Below, one piece after another: positions 1-8,400 of a DNA stretch of 11,886 nucleotides; the first letter of the stretch is position 1; the number at the start of each line of letters is the position of its first letter. Source of the DNA: Limisphaerales bacterium (lineage in GTDB: Bacteria > Verrucomicrobiota > Verrucomicrobiia > Limisphaerales > JAJOIW01). The notes below the pieces were generated by a model. That model made no database searches. It was not told the DNA's origin and saw only the letters and a program-made list of their open reading frames with translations. The position numbers and the translations under genes were made by a program. The DNA is taken from contig CBFHOE010000003.1 in NCBI GenBank assembly GCA_965657355.1, positions 206,267 to 218,152 of the forward strand, in the 5' to 3' direction.

Positions 1-1
1 A

Positions 2-88
2 CCGAATTCCCCCAAAGGTGATGAACCAAAGCGCAAGGCCTAGGATTCCGTATGCTAATAACCATTTCCACAAAACGGGTTCCACCAT
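2..88 (-). CDS. 5' fragment of a probable membrane-protein gene running off the left edge
   Basis: Manual translation from ATG at 88-86 gives MVEPVLWKWLLAYGILGLALWFITFGGIR, open to the edge, with one hydrophobic helix. A sigma70-like promoter lies just upstream. Not in the ORF track; only 29 codons are visible. Confidence 0.55.
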   Translation of the reverse strand, partial: MVEPVLWKWLLAYGILGLALWFITFGGIR

Positions 89-111
89 CAACAAACTGTT
101 ACTGCGCTAAA

Positions 112-140
112 ATTATAAGTAAATAATATATTAATGTAAG
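112..140 (-). promoter_or_regulatory. Putative sigma70 promoter for the truncated leftward gene
   Basis: Minus strand reads CTTACA (140-135, 4/6 to TTGACA), 17-bp spacer, TATAAT (117-112, 6/6), ending 23 bp before the ATG at 88. Confidence 0.45.
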
Positions 141-289
141 ATTTGTAGTTGCTGGATCTGATATTTGAAAATTATTTCAATAAATTGTGTCTTATGTTGT
201 TGTCATTTTCTGAATACCCACAATTATTATCAGGGCCAATTTATGAACCTATGATCCATCTGTTTTTAAATGACATTCTTAGATATACT

Positions 290-1663
290 ATGAAATTGTT
301 GCAGGTGATTTTTCTTGGGGTCAACTTCATGACTGCTTTCTGTAGTGGTTCCAACAAAAGTCCAAATATTATTCTCCTTTTAGCTGATGATTTGGGATAT
401 TCGGATTTGAGTTGCTATGGGAGCCAGGATGTTAAAACCCCGAATATTGATAAACTCGCATCGAAAGGCATGATGTTTACCCACTTTTATGCAGGCAGCG
501 CCGTTTGCAGCCCTTCTCGTGCATCATTGTTAACTGGACGTTTTTCTTTAAGAGCTGGGGTATATAGTTGGATCCACCCATCTCAGAATATGCATCTGAG
601 AAGAGAAGAACAAACCATCGCCGAAGTATTACAATCCAAAGGATTTGATACTGCCCATATCGGAAAATGGCACCTTGGTTACCAACTAGAAAAAAATTCC
701 GGCAATCAACCTAATCCCGGAGATCAAGGATTTGACTTTTGGATGGCTACTGGAAACAACGCGAATCCATCGCATCAGAATCCCAATAATTTTGTTAAAA
801 ATGGAGTGGCTGTTGGAGAAACTAAAGGTTACTCCTGCCAGCTTGTTGTCGATGAAGCTATTCAGTGGTTACAGAATCGCACCTCTAAGAAATCACCATT
901 CTATTTGAACTTATGGTTTCATGAGCCGCACGCTAAAGTCGCCGCCCCAGCAAGATTTAGAAACCGGCACCTCGACAAAAATAATCCCGATTACTATGGG
1001 TGTATTGAAAATATGGACTATGAGATTGGGCGCCTGATGAGCAAAGTTAAAGAAATAGGAGTTCAAGATAATACCGCGATTATTTTCACTTCTGACAATG
1101 GCTCTTATATGAAAGGAAGTAATGGAAGCCTAACTGGTCGGAAAACGCAACTCTGGGAGGGTGGAATCAGAGAACCCGGTATCTTTATATGGCCTGGTAA
1201 AATTAGAAAAGGCACTCAATCAAGCCAGCCAGCCGGTGTTGTGGATATTCTACCTACAATTTGTGAAATCGTTGGCGTGGCCACACCTGTCGACCGTGTG
1301 ATAGACGGAGCTAGTCTAATTCCAGCTTTTTATGGGAATGAAATCAACAGGCGAACTCCATTGTATTGGTTTTATAATCCTTCGCGACCAGTATGCGTTA
1401 TTCGAGAGAATGAATTTTGCCTCGTAGCTGATCCCACTATCGAACTTCCAAAGGGTAATATGTTTAAGGAATCCTATATTGGAGATATCAAAAAATCTAA
1501 GCTAACAAACTTTCGATTATATAATTTAAAAGAGGACCCTGAACAGAAAAGAGACCTCTCAATTTTATTGCCTGATAAATTCAACTCAATGAAAGCTACG
1601 ATGTTAAAGACTCATCTTAGTGTGATAGCAGAGGCTCATGACTGGCGAAAAAATCCATTTTAA
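290..1663 (+). CDS. Formylglycine-dependent sulfatase (S1 family, arylsulfatase-like), probably exported
   Basis: PNIILLLADDLG start, catalytic CSPSRASLLTGR (CxPxR), GKWHLG, FTSDNG, GRKTQLWEGGIREP and LYNLKEDPEQ motifs. ATG 290 (MKLLQVIFLGVNFMTAFC, signal-peptide-like, directly before the PNI motif) is preferred over the TTG start at 149. Confidence 0.93.
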   Translation: MKLLQVIFLGVNFMTAFCSGSNKSPNIILLLADDLGYSDLSCYGSQDVKTPNIDKLASKGMMFTHFYAGSAVCSPSRASLLTGRFSLRAGVYSWIHPSQNMHLRREEQTIAEVLQSKGFDTAHIGKWHLGYQLEKNSGNQPNPGDQGFDFWMATGNNANPSHQNPNNFVKNGVAVGETKGYSCQLVVDEAIQWLQNRTSKKSPFYLNLWFHEPHAKVAAPARFRNRHLDKNNPDYYGCIENMDYEIGRLMSKVKEIGVQDNTAIIFTSDNGSYMKGSNGSLTGRKTQLWEGGIREPGIFIWPGKIRKGTQSSQPAGVVDILPTICEIVGVATPVDRVIDGASLIPAFYGNEINRRTPLYWFYNPSRPVCVIRENEFCLVADPTIELPKGNMFKESYIGDIKKSKLTNFRLYNLKEDPEQKRDLSILLPDKFNSMKATMLKTHLSVIAEAHDWRKNPF

Positions 1664-1669
1664 TCATAG

Positions 1670-2641
1670 ATGATGAACCGCGATGTAAAAATAGCTACTG
1701 TTCAAATGGAACATACTTCTTTTGATAAAGAAGCAAACTTTGAAAAGATAAAAGCTTTCACTTCTCAAGCGTCGGATGCTGGCGCAGAGGTACTTGTTTT
1801 CCCTGAATGCTGTATCACCGGTTATTGGTGTCTCAGGCACTCAACCCGGCAGGAGTTACTCGAACTTGCTGAAAATATTCCGTCCGGACCATCTTCTAAA
1901 AAACTGATGGATCTCTCTCAGCAAACTGGAATGACTATCGGTGCTGGATTGGTAGAAAAGGATTCTGATCAAAACCTATACAATTCATATATAGTTGCCA
2001 TGCCTAACGGTGAATTAAAGTCACATCGAAAACTCCATTGTTTTGTCAATGCCGAGATGAGCTCCGGTAGTCAGTATACAGTTTTCGACACACCTCATGG
2101 GTGTCGAGTTGGTGTCTTAATTTGCTATGATAATAACTTGGTCGAAAATGTAAGGATCACCGCTTTGCGAGGAGCTGATATCATACTGGCACCCCATCAG
2201 ACAGGTGGGTGTAAAACCCAAGACCCAAATATCATGGGGCTCGTCAACCCTGAACTATGGTATAATAGAGAATCTGACCCCGAAGCTATCAAGAATGAGT
2301 TGAAAGGTGATAAAGGGCGCGGTTGGTTGATGCGGTGGCTTCCCAGTCGTGCTCATGACAACGGTGTTTTCTATGCCTTTAGTAATGGTGTTGGGATGGA
2401 TGACAACGAAGTTCGAACCGGGAATGCCATGATTATTGACAGCTATGGAAGAATTTTAAAAGAAACATGGGCTGCCGCTGATGCAATGGTCATAGCGAAT
2501 CTCGATCATAAGTTGCGGGATGATAATACTGGTCAAAGGTGGATCACAGCGAGGCGGCCCGATTTATATACGCCCCTCACACAGAGAACAGGGAAAGAAG
2601 TTGATATCAGAACTGCCAGGTTTGGGGGTAAGGGCGCGTAG
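1670..2641 (+). CDS. Nitrilase-family carbon-nitrogen hydrolase, substrate unknown
   Basis: Glu-Lys-Cys triad in FPECC, HRKLH and ICYDN; SNGVG, GNAMIIDSYGRI and RRPDLY motifs; no signal peptide; 6 bp after the sulfatase stop. Confidence 0.92.
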   Translation: MMNRDVKIATVQMEHTSFDKEANFEKIKAFTSQASDAGAEVLVFPECCITGYWCLRHSTRQELLELAENIPSGPSSKKLMDLSQQTGMTIGAGLVEKDSDQNLYNSYIVAMPNGELKSHRKLHCFVNAEMSSGSQYTVFDTPHGCRVGVLICYDNNLVENVRITALRGADIILAPHQTGGCKTQDPNIMGLVNPELWYNRESDPEAIKNELKGDKGRGWLMRWLPSRAHDNGVFYAFSNGVGMDDNEVRTGNAMIIDSYGRILKETWAAADAMVIANLDHKLRDDNTGQRWITARRPDLYTPLTQRTGKEVDIRTARFGGKGA

Positions 2642-2645
2642 TTTT

Positions 2646-4529
2646 TTAACAGGGTGAGGAATTTGATTCCGAACTCTCTTTAGCTAATTCCGATGCGGTG
2701 GGCTCAAGTACCCCTTTTGCTTTGGGCATAAGCCTAACTGCCTCGATGATCATCCAAACTTCCAAAAGAATTGTTATTGTTCCGATGCATGCCAAAAGGG
2801 CATTTGGGTTTTCGCCATTTATCCAGCTATTTTCCCCTTGGAAAAGATTTATAAGCATCGCCCACATCGGCATGATCAACATGAATACCATCGGTATGGC
2901 AATAAACCAAAGCGGTTTCTTTCTCCTCCAAAGGTAGAAAGTAATCACTAAGAAGGAAAGCCCTCCAAGTAATTGATTGGTTGCTCCAAAGAGTGGCCAT
3001 AGTAATAAACCTCCTTTTCCAGCGGATGAATAAGACCACTCAGATAGCGGCGTTCCTCCTATCGGTAGTGCAGCAATAATAAAAGCAAGGACAATTGCAA
3101 GTATTGTCGCGATATGCATATTTTGAAGAAATCCCAAAGGTCTAGTCTTTTGATTATCTTTACCAAATTCAATGGTTCTGCCCAGCTCTTGAACAACGTA
3201 TCTCTGAAGTCGACATGCGCTGTCTAGAGTTGTCCCAGCAAAAGAGGCCACAAGAACGCCCATCAGAGCCAGTGCTATTGTGTGTGGAATCCCGATAGCT
3301 CCTAGAAAATTTGCCGATCCATCAACAAAAGCGCCAACCTTAGCCCCCAACGAACCTGCCGTTTGCCATGAGTTGTATCTCGCGTGCCAAGCCTCTGGCC
3401 CCGTCAGCCATGATCCTTCGTTGGATCCGGGAATTCCTAAACCAATCCCTGCAGCACAAGCCAGAATAACAATCGTTGCCAAAAATCCCTCTGTGAGCAT
3501 ACTTCCGTAGCCTACCATCTTGGCATCAGTCTCTTTTTTGAGTTGCTTTGAGCTCGTTCCACTGCTGACGAGGCAATGAAACCCAGAAATGGCTCCGCAG
3601 GCAATTGTGACAAATAGGAAAGGGAAAATAACTGGAGCTCCTTTTGGGTTAAGCTCTAACATGGGGGCAGCCATCTGAAGTGTTTGTTTTTCCCCATCGT
3701 GCGGGGGGCCACCTGCAAAGGCAGCCGCGATTAGGCCTACAAAAACTAATGCTAAACAGGCGATGAGTTGTAAAGAGTTGATATAATCCCTAGGCTGTAA
3801 AAGAGTCCATACTGGCAGCACTGAAGCTACGTAAGAGTATATCAAGAGTATTATGACCCATGTTAATACTGGCCATTTACTCATTATTAAATTTAATTCT
3901 CCAAGTGACCCATAATTTCCAAAAATAACGGTCAAATACATCACTCCCAACGCAATCACCGATGGAATAAATAAGTTAATTCCTTTTTTATGGAGCATGA
4001 TGCCGATCCCTATGGCTACAGGTATTTGGATGAAACAAGGGAAAATTGCAGCTGGGTATTGTTTTAGAACAACAGCAATGACCAAGCCGAATATAGCTAG
4101 AACAATCGTTAGTGCAAAAAAGAGTATAAAAAGGAATAAAAGCCTTACACGTTTGTTCATCAGTCTTCCGGCAACGTCTCCTATTGTTTGCCCTTTATTT
4201 CTCAAACTGACGACAAGAGCTCCAAAATCGTGGACTGCACCGATAAAAACTGATCCAAAGAGTACCCACAAAAGAGCTGGAAGCCACCCCCACATTATCG
4301 CAATGGCTGGTCCTACTATTGGTCCAGTTCCGGCAATTGAAGTGAAGTGATGACCAAAAACTATTTCTTTGCTGGTGGGAACATAATCGACACCGTCTTC
4401 AAGTTCCCTTGATGGACAGACTGCATCTGCAGAGAGCTTAAAAATTTTCCTGCCGAGCCATCGCCCATATGTATTGTAAGCGATAACAAATCCAATAGCT
4501 GAGAGAACTGCAATGACTAGTGGCTGCAT
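2646..4529 (-). CDS. cstA: Carbon starvation protein A family transporter (peptide/pyruvate)
   Basis: DGVDYVPT, FGHHFTSIAGTGPIVGP, GAVHDFGAL, LLQPRDYINS, TIACGAISGFH and LWPLFGATNQLL are CstA signatures; many TM helices; 627 aa. Confidence 0.95.
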   Translation of the reverse strand: MQPLVIAVLSAIGFVIAYNTYGRWLGRKIFKLSADAVCPSRELEDGVDYVPTSKEIVFGHHFTSIAGTGPIVGPAIAIMWGWLPALLWVLFGSVFIGAVHDFGALVVSLRNKGQTIGDVAGRLMNKRVRLLFLFILFFALTIVLAIFGLVIAVVLKQYPAAIFPCFIQIPVAIGIGIMLHKKGINLFIPSVIALGVMYLTVIFGNYGSLGELNLIMSKWPVLTWVIILLIYSYVASVLPVWTLLQPRDYINSLQLIACLALVFVGLIAAAFAGGPPHDGEKQTLQMAAPMLELNPKGAPVIFPFLFVTIACGAISGFHCLVSSGTSSKQLKKETDAKMVGYGSMLTEGFLATIVILACAAGIGLGIPGSNEGSWLTGPEAWHARYNSWQTAGSLGAKVGAFVDGSANFLGAIGIPHTIALALMGVLVASFAGTTLDSACRLQRYVVQELGRTIEFGKDNQKTRPLGFLQNMHIATILAIVLAFIIAALPIGGTPLSEWSYSSAGKGGLLLWPLFGATNQLLGGLSFLVITFYLWRRKKPLWFIAIPMVFMLIMPMWAMLINLFQGENSWINGENPNALLACIGTITILLEVWMIIEAVRLMPKAKGVLEPTASELAKESSESNSSPC

Positions 4530-4555
4530 GAGATTTGATAATAACTATGTTCACT

Positions 4556-4597
4556 CTAGCAGTTGATACTTTTTAGAGCAACTTCGTTAACTGCTAG
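4556..4597. repeat. Perfect 9-bp inverted repeat upstream of cstA
   Basis: CTAGCAGTT (4556-4564), 24-bp spacer, AACTGCTAG (4589-4597); 26 bp from the cstA start codon. Function not established. Confidence 0.5.
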
Positions 4598-4645
4598 CAA
4601 AAAAAAGGATTGTCTGAGGTATCAAAAAAAGGCCCTCGTCAATGC

Positions 4646-4695
4646 ATTTGGATATTTATATAAGCACCAATTAAAGTCTTGCCTGATATCCAAAT
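4646..4695. repeat. Perfect 10-bp inverted repeat
   Basis: ATTTGGATAT (4646-4655), 30-bp spacer, ATATCCAAAT (4686-4695). Function not established. Confidence 0.5.
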
Positions 4696-4714
4696 ATTAT
4701 TTCATTACCTGGAG

Positions 4715-4742
4715 ATTCTCAAAAATTTCCTCTTTTGAGAAT
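4715..4742. repeat. Perfect 10-bp inverted repeat (operator-like or hairpin)
   Basis: ATTCTCAAAA (4715-4724), 8-bp spacer, TTTTGAGAAT (4733-4742). The core CTCAAAA...TTTTGAG recurs at 4869-4887. Confidence 0.55.
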
Positions 4743-5115
4743 AGTTTTTGGTTGGATTGCTGCGATAGTCAAATCCCCGCCATTATGGAATGGTTATGAA
4801 AGGCTCGAACTCAATTCAATAATCTCCGCAATACTTTCTGCTATCATACTCTATTGATAGACACATAACTCAAAATCGTTTTTTGAGATTCCCCGTAACT
4901 TATGATTTTACTTTTTCCAGAATTCAAAACCAGGAAAATGCCATATGATCGCATTCAAAAGGCTTCCAACGATCTGTATTACCCGAAAAAAACTCAATGG
5001 CAGGCAAATTTCAATTTTCTATCGATGAAATAAGGATATTCACTCTCAAATTTGTGTGATCCGGTAACCGGTTTTTTTGTCAAAAAATTCATTACCCGTT
5101 GCCTTTTTTGTAAAT

Positions 5116-5144
5116 AAAAAAGATCGGGAGTTTTAACTCCCGAT
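5116..5144 (-). terminator. Rho-independent terminator of the 6S RNA
   Basis: Minus strand: AUCGGGAGU-UAAA-ACUCCCGAU stem-loop (5144-5123), then C and U6 (5121-5116), starting 10 nt after the predicted RNA 3' end. Confidence 0.85.
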
Positions 5145-5153
5145 TACAAGATG

Positions 5154-5339
5154 AATTCCCCACCTCAATGCCGTGTATTACTTTTCCATTGAACAATGGA
5201 AATATAAGTGGAACCGCTTCCGTGCTTCCAACTTCCAGTTAAGGCTTGCTGTCATGCATCAATGAAGTTCATGGCTCCATTTTTTAACACTTAAGGTTCA
5301 AGGACATAGTATAATAATCACGCGCATGGCAGGGAAATT
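5154..5339 (-). ncRNA. ssrS: 6S RNA
   Basis: About 186 nt, folded by hand. Terminal stem UUCCCUGCC/GGUGGGGAA; AUGC-G-CGUG/CACG-GCAU; UAUUA/UAAUA; UUGAAC (5301-5296)/GUUCAA (5194-5189); central bubble CUUAAGUGUUAAAAAA opposite CUUAUAUUUCCAUU; UGGAGCC (5279-5273)/GGUUCCA (5215-5209); AACUUC/GAAGUU; apical GCAUG and AAGCCUUAA (5247-5239), as in E. coli 6S. G-U pairs and the terminator both fix the minus strand. No covariance-model search was run. Confidence 0.88.
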
Positions 5340-5486
5340 GATACTTAAATGCTCATGCTAGCCATTTAAAAAGGTAACTGAAAATAGGAAAATATCAAGG
5401 CAGAGTCTTATTTACATTTTGCTTTTTTATAATGGTCTATCAGAATGTTAAAGAAGATGTAGAATAAAAATGAAAACTAAAAAGAA

Positions 5487-8400
5487 ATGAAAATTCCCGT
5501 TTCAATGAATGACAAGATCTCAGGATTTTTTTTCTTTGGCATCAGTTTTTTTCTTTGCAGTTGTGCGTATAGTCAGGCCTTCAAAATCGATATCCAAGCC
5601 ATCACACCTCTTTCTGTTTCGGGTCAAAACAATAGAAAAGTGGGATACTCTCTGGTAGACCGAGAGACGACGGGTATTCGATTCGCCCAGGAGCTTAGCA
5701 ACGGACTAAGAAGGAAAAATCGAGTTCTCCTTCTGGGTTCAGGTGTTGGTGTTTTTGATTTTGATGGTGATGGGAGAAACGATATTCTTTTTTTAAAAGC
5801 AGAGGGGAAAAATGAACTATACAGGAATCTTGGCGGATTTAATTTTGAAAGAATTTTGGGTGCTGCTGGGATGGCTTTACCTCATAATTATTCCACAGGA
5901 GTCAGTATAGCAGACGTCAATAATGATGGGTTTAAAGATGTGATCATATCCACCATCGATGAAGGGCCTAAGTTATTCATTTGCGAAGGATCCGGTACTT
6001 ATCAACAAAAATCACGACCTGGCTTTCCGAAAATAGGTGGCGCAATTTCAGGCGTTTTTGGCGACATCGATGGTGACGGCGATTTGGATTTTTACCAAGC
6101 GATGTGCAGAGAAAATTCGATTAAGGATAATCGATCTTTAATCGGAGACCTTAAAGTGGACCAAAAAGGAAGCTGGATTGTTCCTCAATCCCTTCGTCAT
6201 AGGCTCGTTTCAACAAGAAATCTCAAGGGACAACCCATGCTGATGGAAAAAGGTCGAGAGGATCAACTTTTTATTAACAATGGCGCTGGACAATTTGATA
6301 AAATTGAACCAAAAGAATATTTTCACCCAATACTAAATAGGAACGATGAGTCTCCTTTGGATGGTTGGACTTTGTCCGCCTGCTTTCATGATTTCAACCG
6401 AGACGGGTATTTGGATATGTATTCTTGCTCGGATTTCTTAAGTCCAGATCGATTTTGGGTGAATAATGGAAAAGGTGGCTTTAGTGAATTGAGTTGGCCA
6501 TTTATTCCAAAGACTAGTTATTCTTCGATGGATGTGGCTTGGGGCGATTTGAACAATGACGGATTAGAGGATTTTTTCGTTGTCGACATGTTGGCTAGGA
6601 AACGTGAAGACAGAATAAGGCAAACGGCAAACATGGGGCCAAATGTTTGGATGACCTGGGCCAATGGCTTCAACAACCAGGTCATGAGAAATACTCTATA
6701 CAGAAATAGAGGGGATGGCTCATTCTCAGAAATTGCACTTAAATCCAACCTGGCGGCCAGTGATTGGTCATGGACAACTCGATTCGAAGACGTAGACTTG
6801 GATGGACTTTTGGACATTATTGTGGGGAATGGGACACCACATGACGTACAAAATTCAGATGCTATAGATCTCCTCTATTCAAACAAAACAACACAAAAAT
6901 TTAGCTTCCTACCCGCAGACCTGCCTCCACACAATGTCCCGAACGTGGTGTGGAAAAATTTGGGTGATTTTAAATTTCGTGAATTTTCCGACGCATGGAA
7001 CTTTTCGAGTAATTCTTATTCTCAGTCGATGGCATTCGGGGATCTTGATGGAGACGGTGATAACGAGGTCGTCATAAATAATTTTGATGGGATTCCAGAG
7101 TTGTATCGATGTGACACTATATCTCCTCGTATTGTGGTCAGGATTGATACTGGAAGTCATCCAGGGCTCCTAGACAGACTCAGACTTGAACTGAAATCTG
7201 GAGGGAAGTCACAATATCGAAGCGTACGAACAAGTCAGGGTTACTTGAGTCAGTCTTCTACCGCCATAGTATTTGCATGTCATGATCAGGTTTCCGAATT
7301 GTATATATATGGCCCAGGAGACATATCCCCAATAACGACAGTATCCATAGAGAGGAATTCTCTTGCTCATATCAAGGTTGACCCTATCGATAGTCGCAAA
7401 CCTAAAAGAAATGATGAAGTCTCACTCCCTGGCAAAGAATATGAAAAGTTAATCGTGCCTGGAAATAGTCCTAAATGGACGTTTTCGACGGCAAAGAAGT
7501 CAAATTCTCAATCACCTGTTTTTCGGCATTGGGATACCGCAACTCTTCAAGCGTCAAATTTTGGTGAGGCCGTCAAAATGCATGGCTCAGTGGGGTATAT
7601 TCAGCCAGATAATAAAAACGGGTTCAAGCTTTGTCATATTGACCGAGACTCAGAGAAAAACTACCTATGGAATGTCACCCGCTTGAGGTTGAAAAGTGAC
7701 TGGCCATCACAACCTTTGGGTATGAAAATGGCCTCAGATAACGCTCTAAACGAAGGCGGTTGCCAAACTGTTGTTTTTGGGACAAGCCAAACTGATGCAG
7801 CAAAAATTAAGAGCTGGCTGATGTTCGTCGATACCAATATGTATCCTGAATTACAGGTCAGTCAGTCATTTGATTGGATTGGACAAGAGGTTGGCAAAAT
7901 GACATTTTCCCGTGATGGGAACTACCTGTTTATAGGGGCAAAAATGAGCCAAACTTCTAGTCGAAATCAGGGTGGGGGAGTCATCTTCTTTAAGAATCAC
8001 CATAATAAATGGGTTTACTTGAGGCAAGCTACTCAGCTTATCCCCGCCCGGTTTCCAATAGTGGGTGCAGAGTGGGTGAAAATAGATGAATCTTTGAATC
8101 ATCTTATCCTTACACTCCACGGTGGGACTATAGAAATTCTCAATGTTGTTTCACCGGGGGCCGGTCAATTGTCCACCAAAGGTGTTAGTCTTGGTGAAAA
8201 ATATTCTGGCCTTTGGATGCACTCAAACCTATTTGGGATGGGTGATAAATATTACCTATTACTGGGTAATATTGGTCAAAATTTTATGTATGGAAATACA
8301 GGCCGTCTGAGGTGGGTTTTAGCACAAACAGATGCCGGCCACCTTCTTTCATTGCCCGTCGAGGATAATGAAGGAAAACAATACCTATTTTCGGATCGTG

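Noticed and set aside
149..289. 47-aa N-terminal extension of the sulfatase from TTG 149
   Set aside because: AT-rich, promoter-like sequence; the signal-like peptide and family motif begin at ATG 290.
2698..4350. Short ORFs overlapping cstA (2698-2937, 2827-3039, 3280-3510, 3997-4350)
   Set aside because: Shadow frames of a well-supported gene with no motifs of their own.
4563..4799. 78-aa + strand ORF in the gap
   Set aside because: TTG start, no SD, no recognisable motif, and it crosses homopolymer tracts and inverted repeats; probably spurious, though not excluded without a homology search.
4556..4887. Palindromes with 24-30 bp spacers as a possible CRISPR array, attC array or MITE
   Set aside because: The arms differ from each other, there is no regular direct repeat or target-site duplication, and no cas, integrase or transposase gene is in the window.
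5144..5272. Minus-strand frame MNFIDA*QQALTGSWKHGSGSTYISIVQWKSNTRH*GGEFIL with two in-frame TGA codons (possible selenoprotein or recoding)
   Set aside because: It lies almost wholly inside the 6S fold, has no redox motif or recognisable family, and the RNA structure explains the sequence better.
5371..5398. Minus-strand TTGATA-N16-TACCTT as the 6S promoter
   Set aside because: Weak -10, and about 30 bp too far from the predicted 5' end unless the RNA is processed; cannot be supported from sequence alone.
5411..5433. TTTACA...TATAAT as a sigma70 promoter for the FG-GAP gene
   Set aside because: The spacer is only 11 bp; the -10 may be real but the pair is not supportable.
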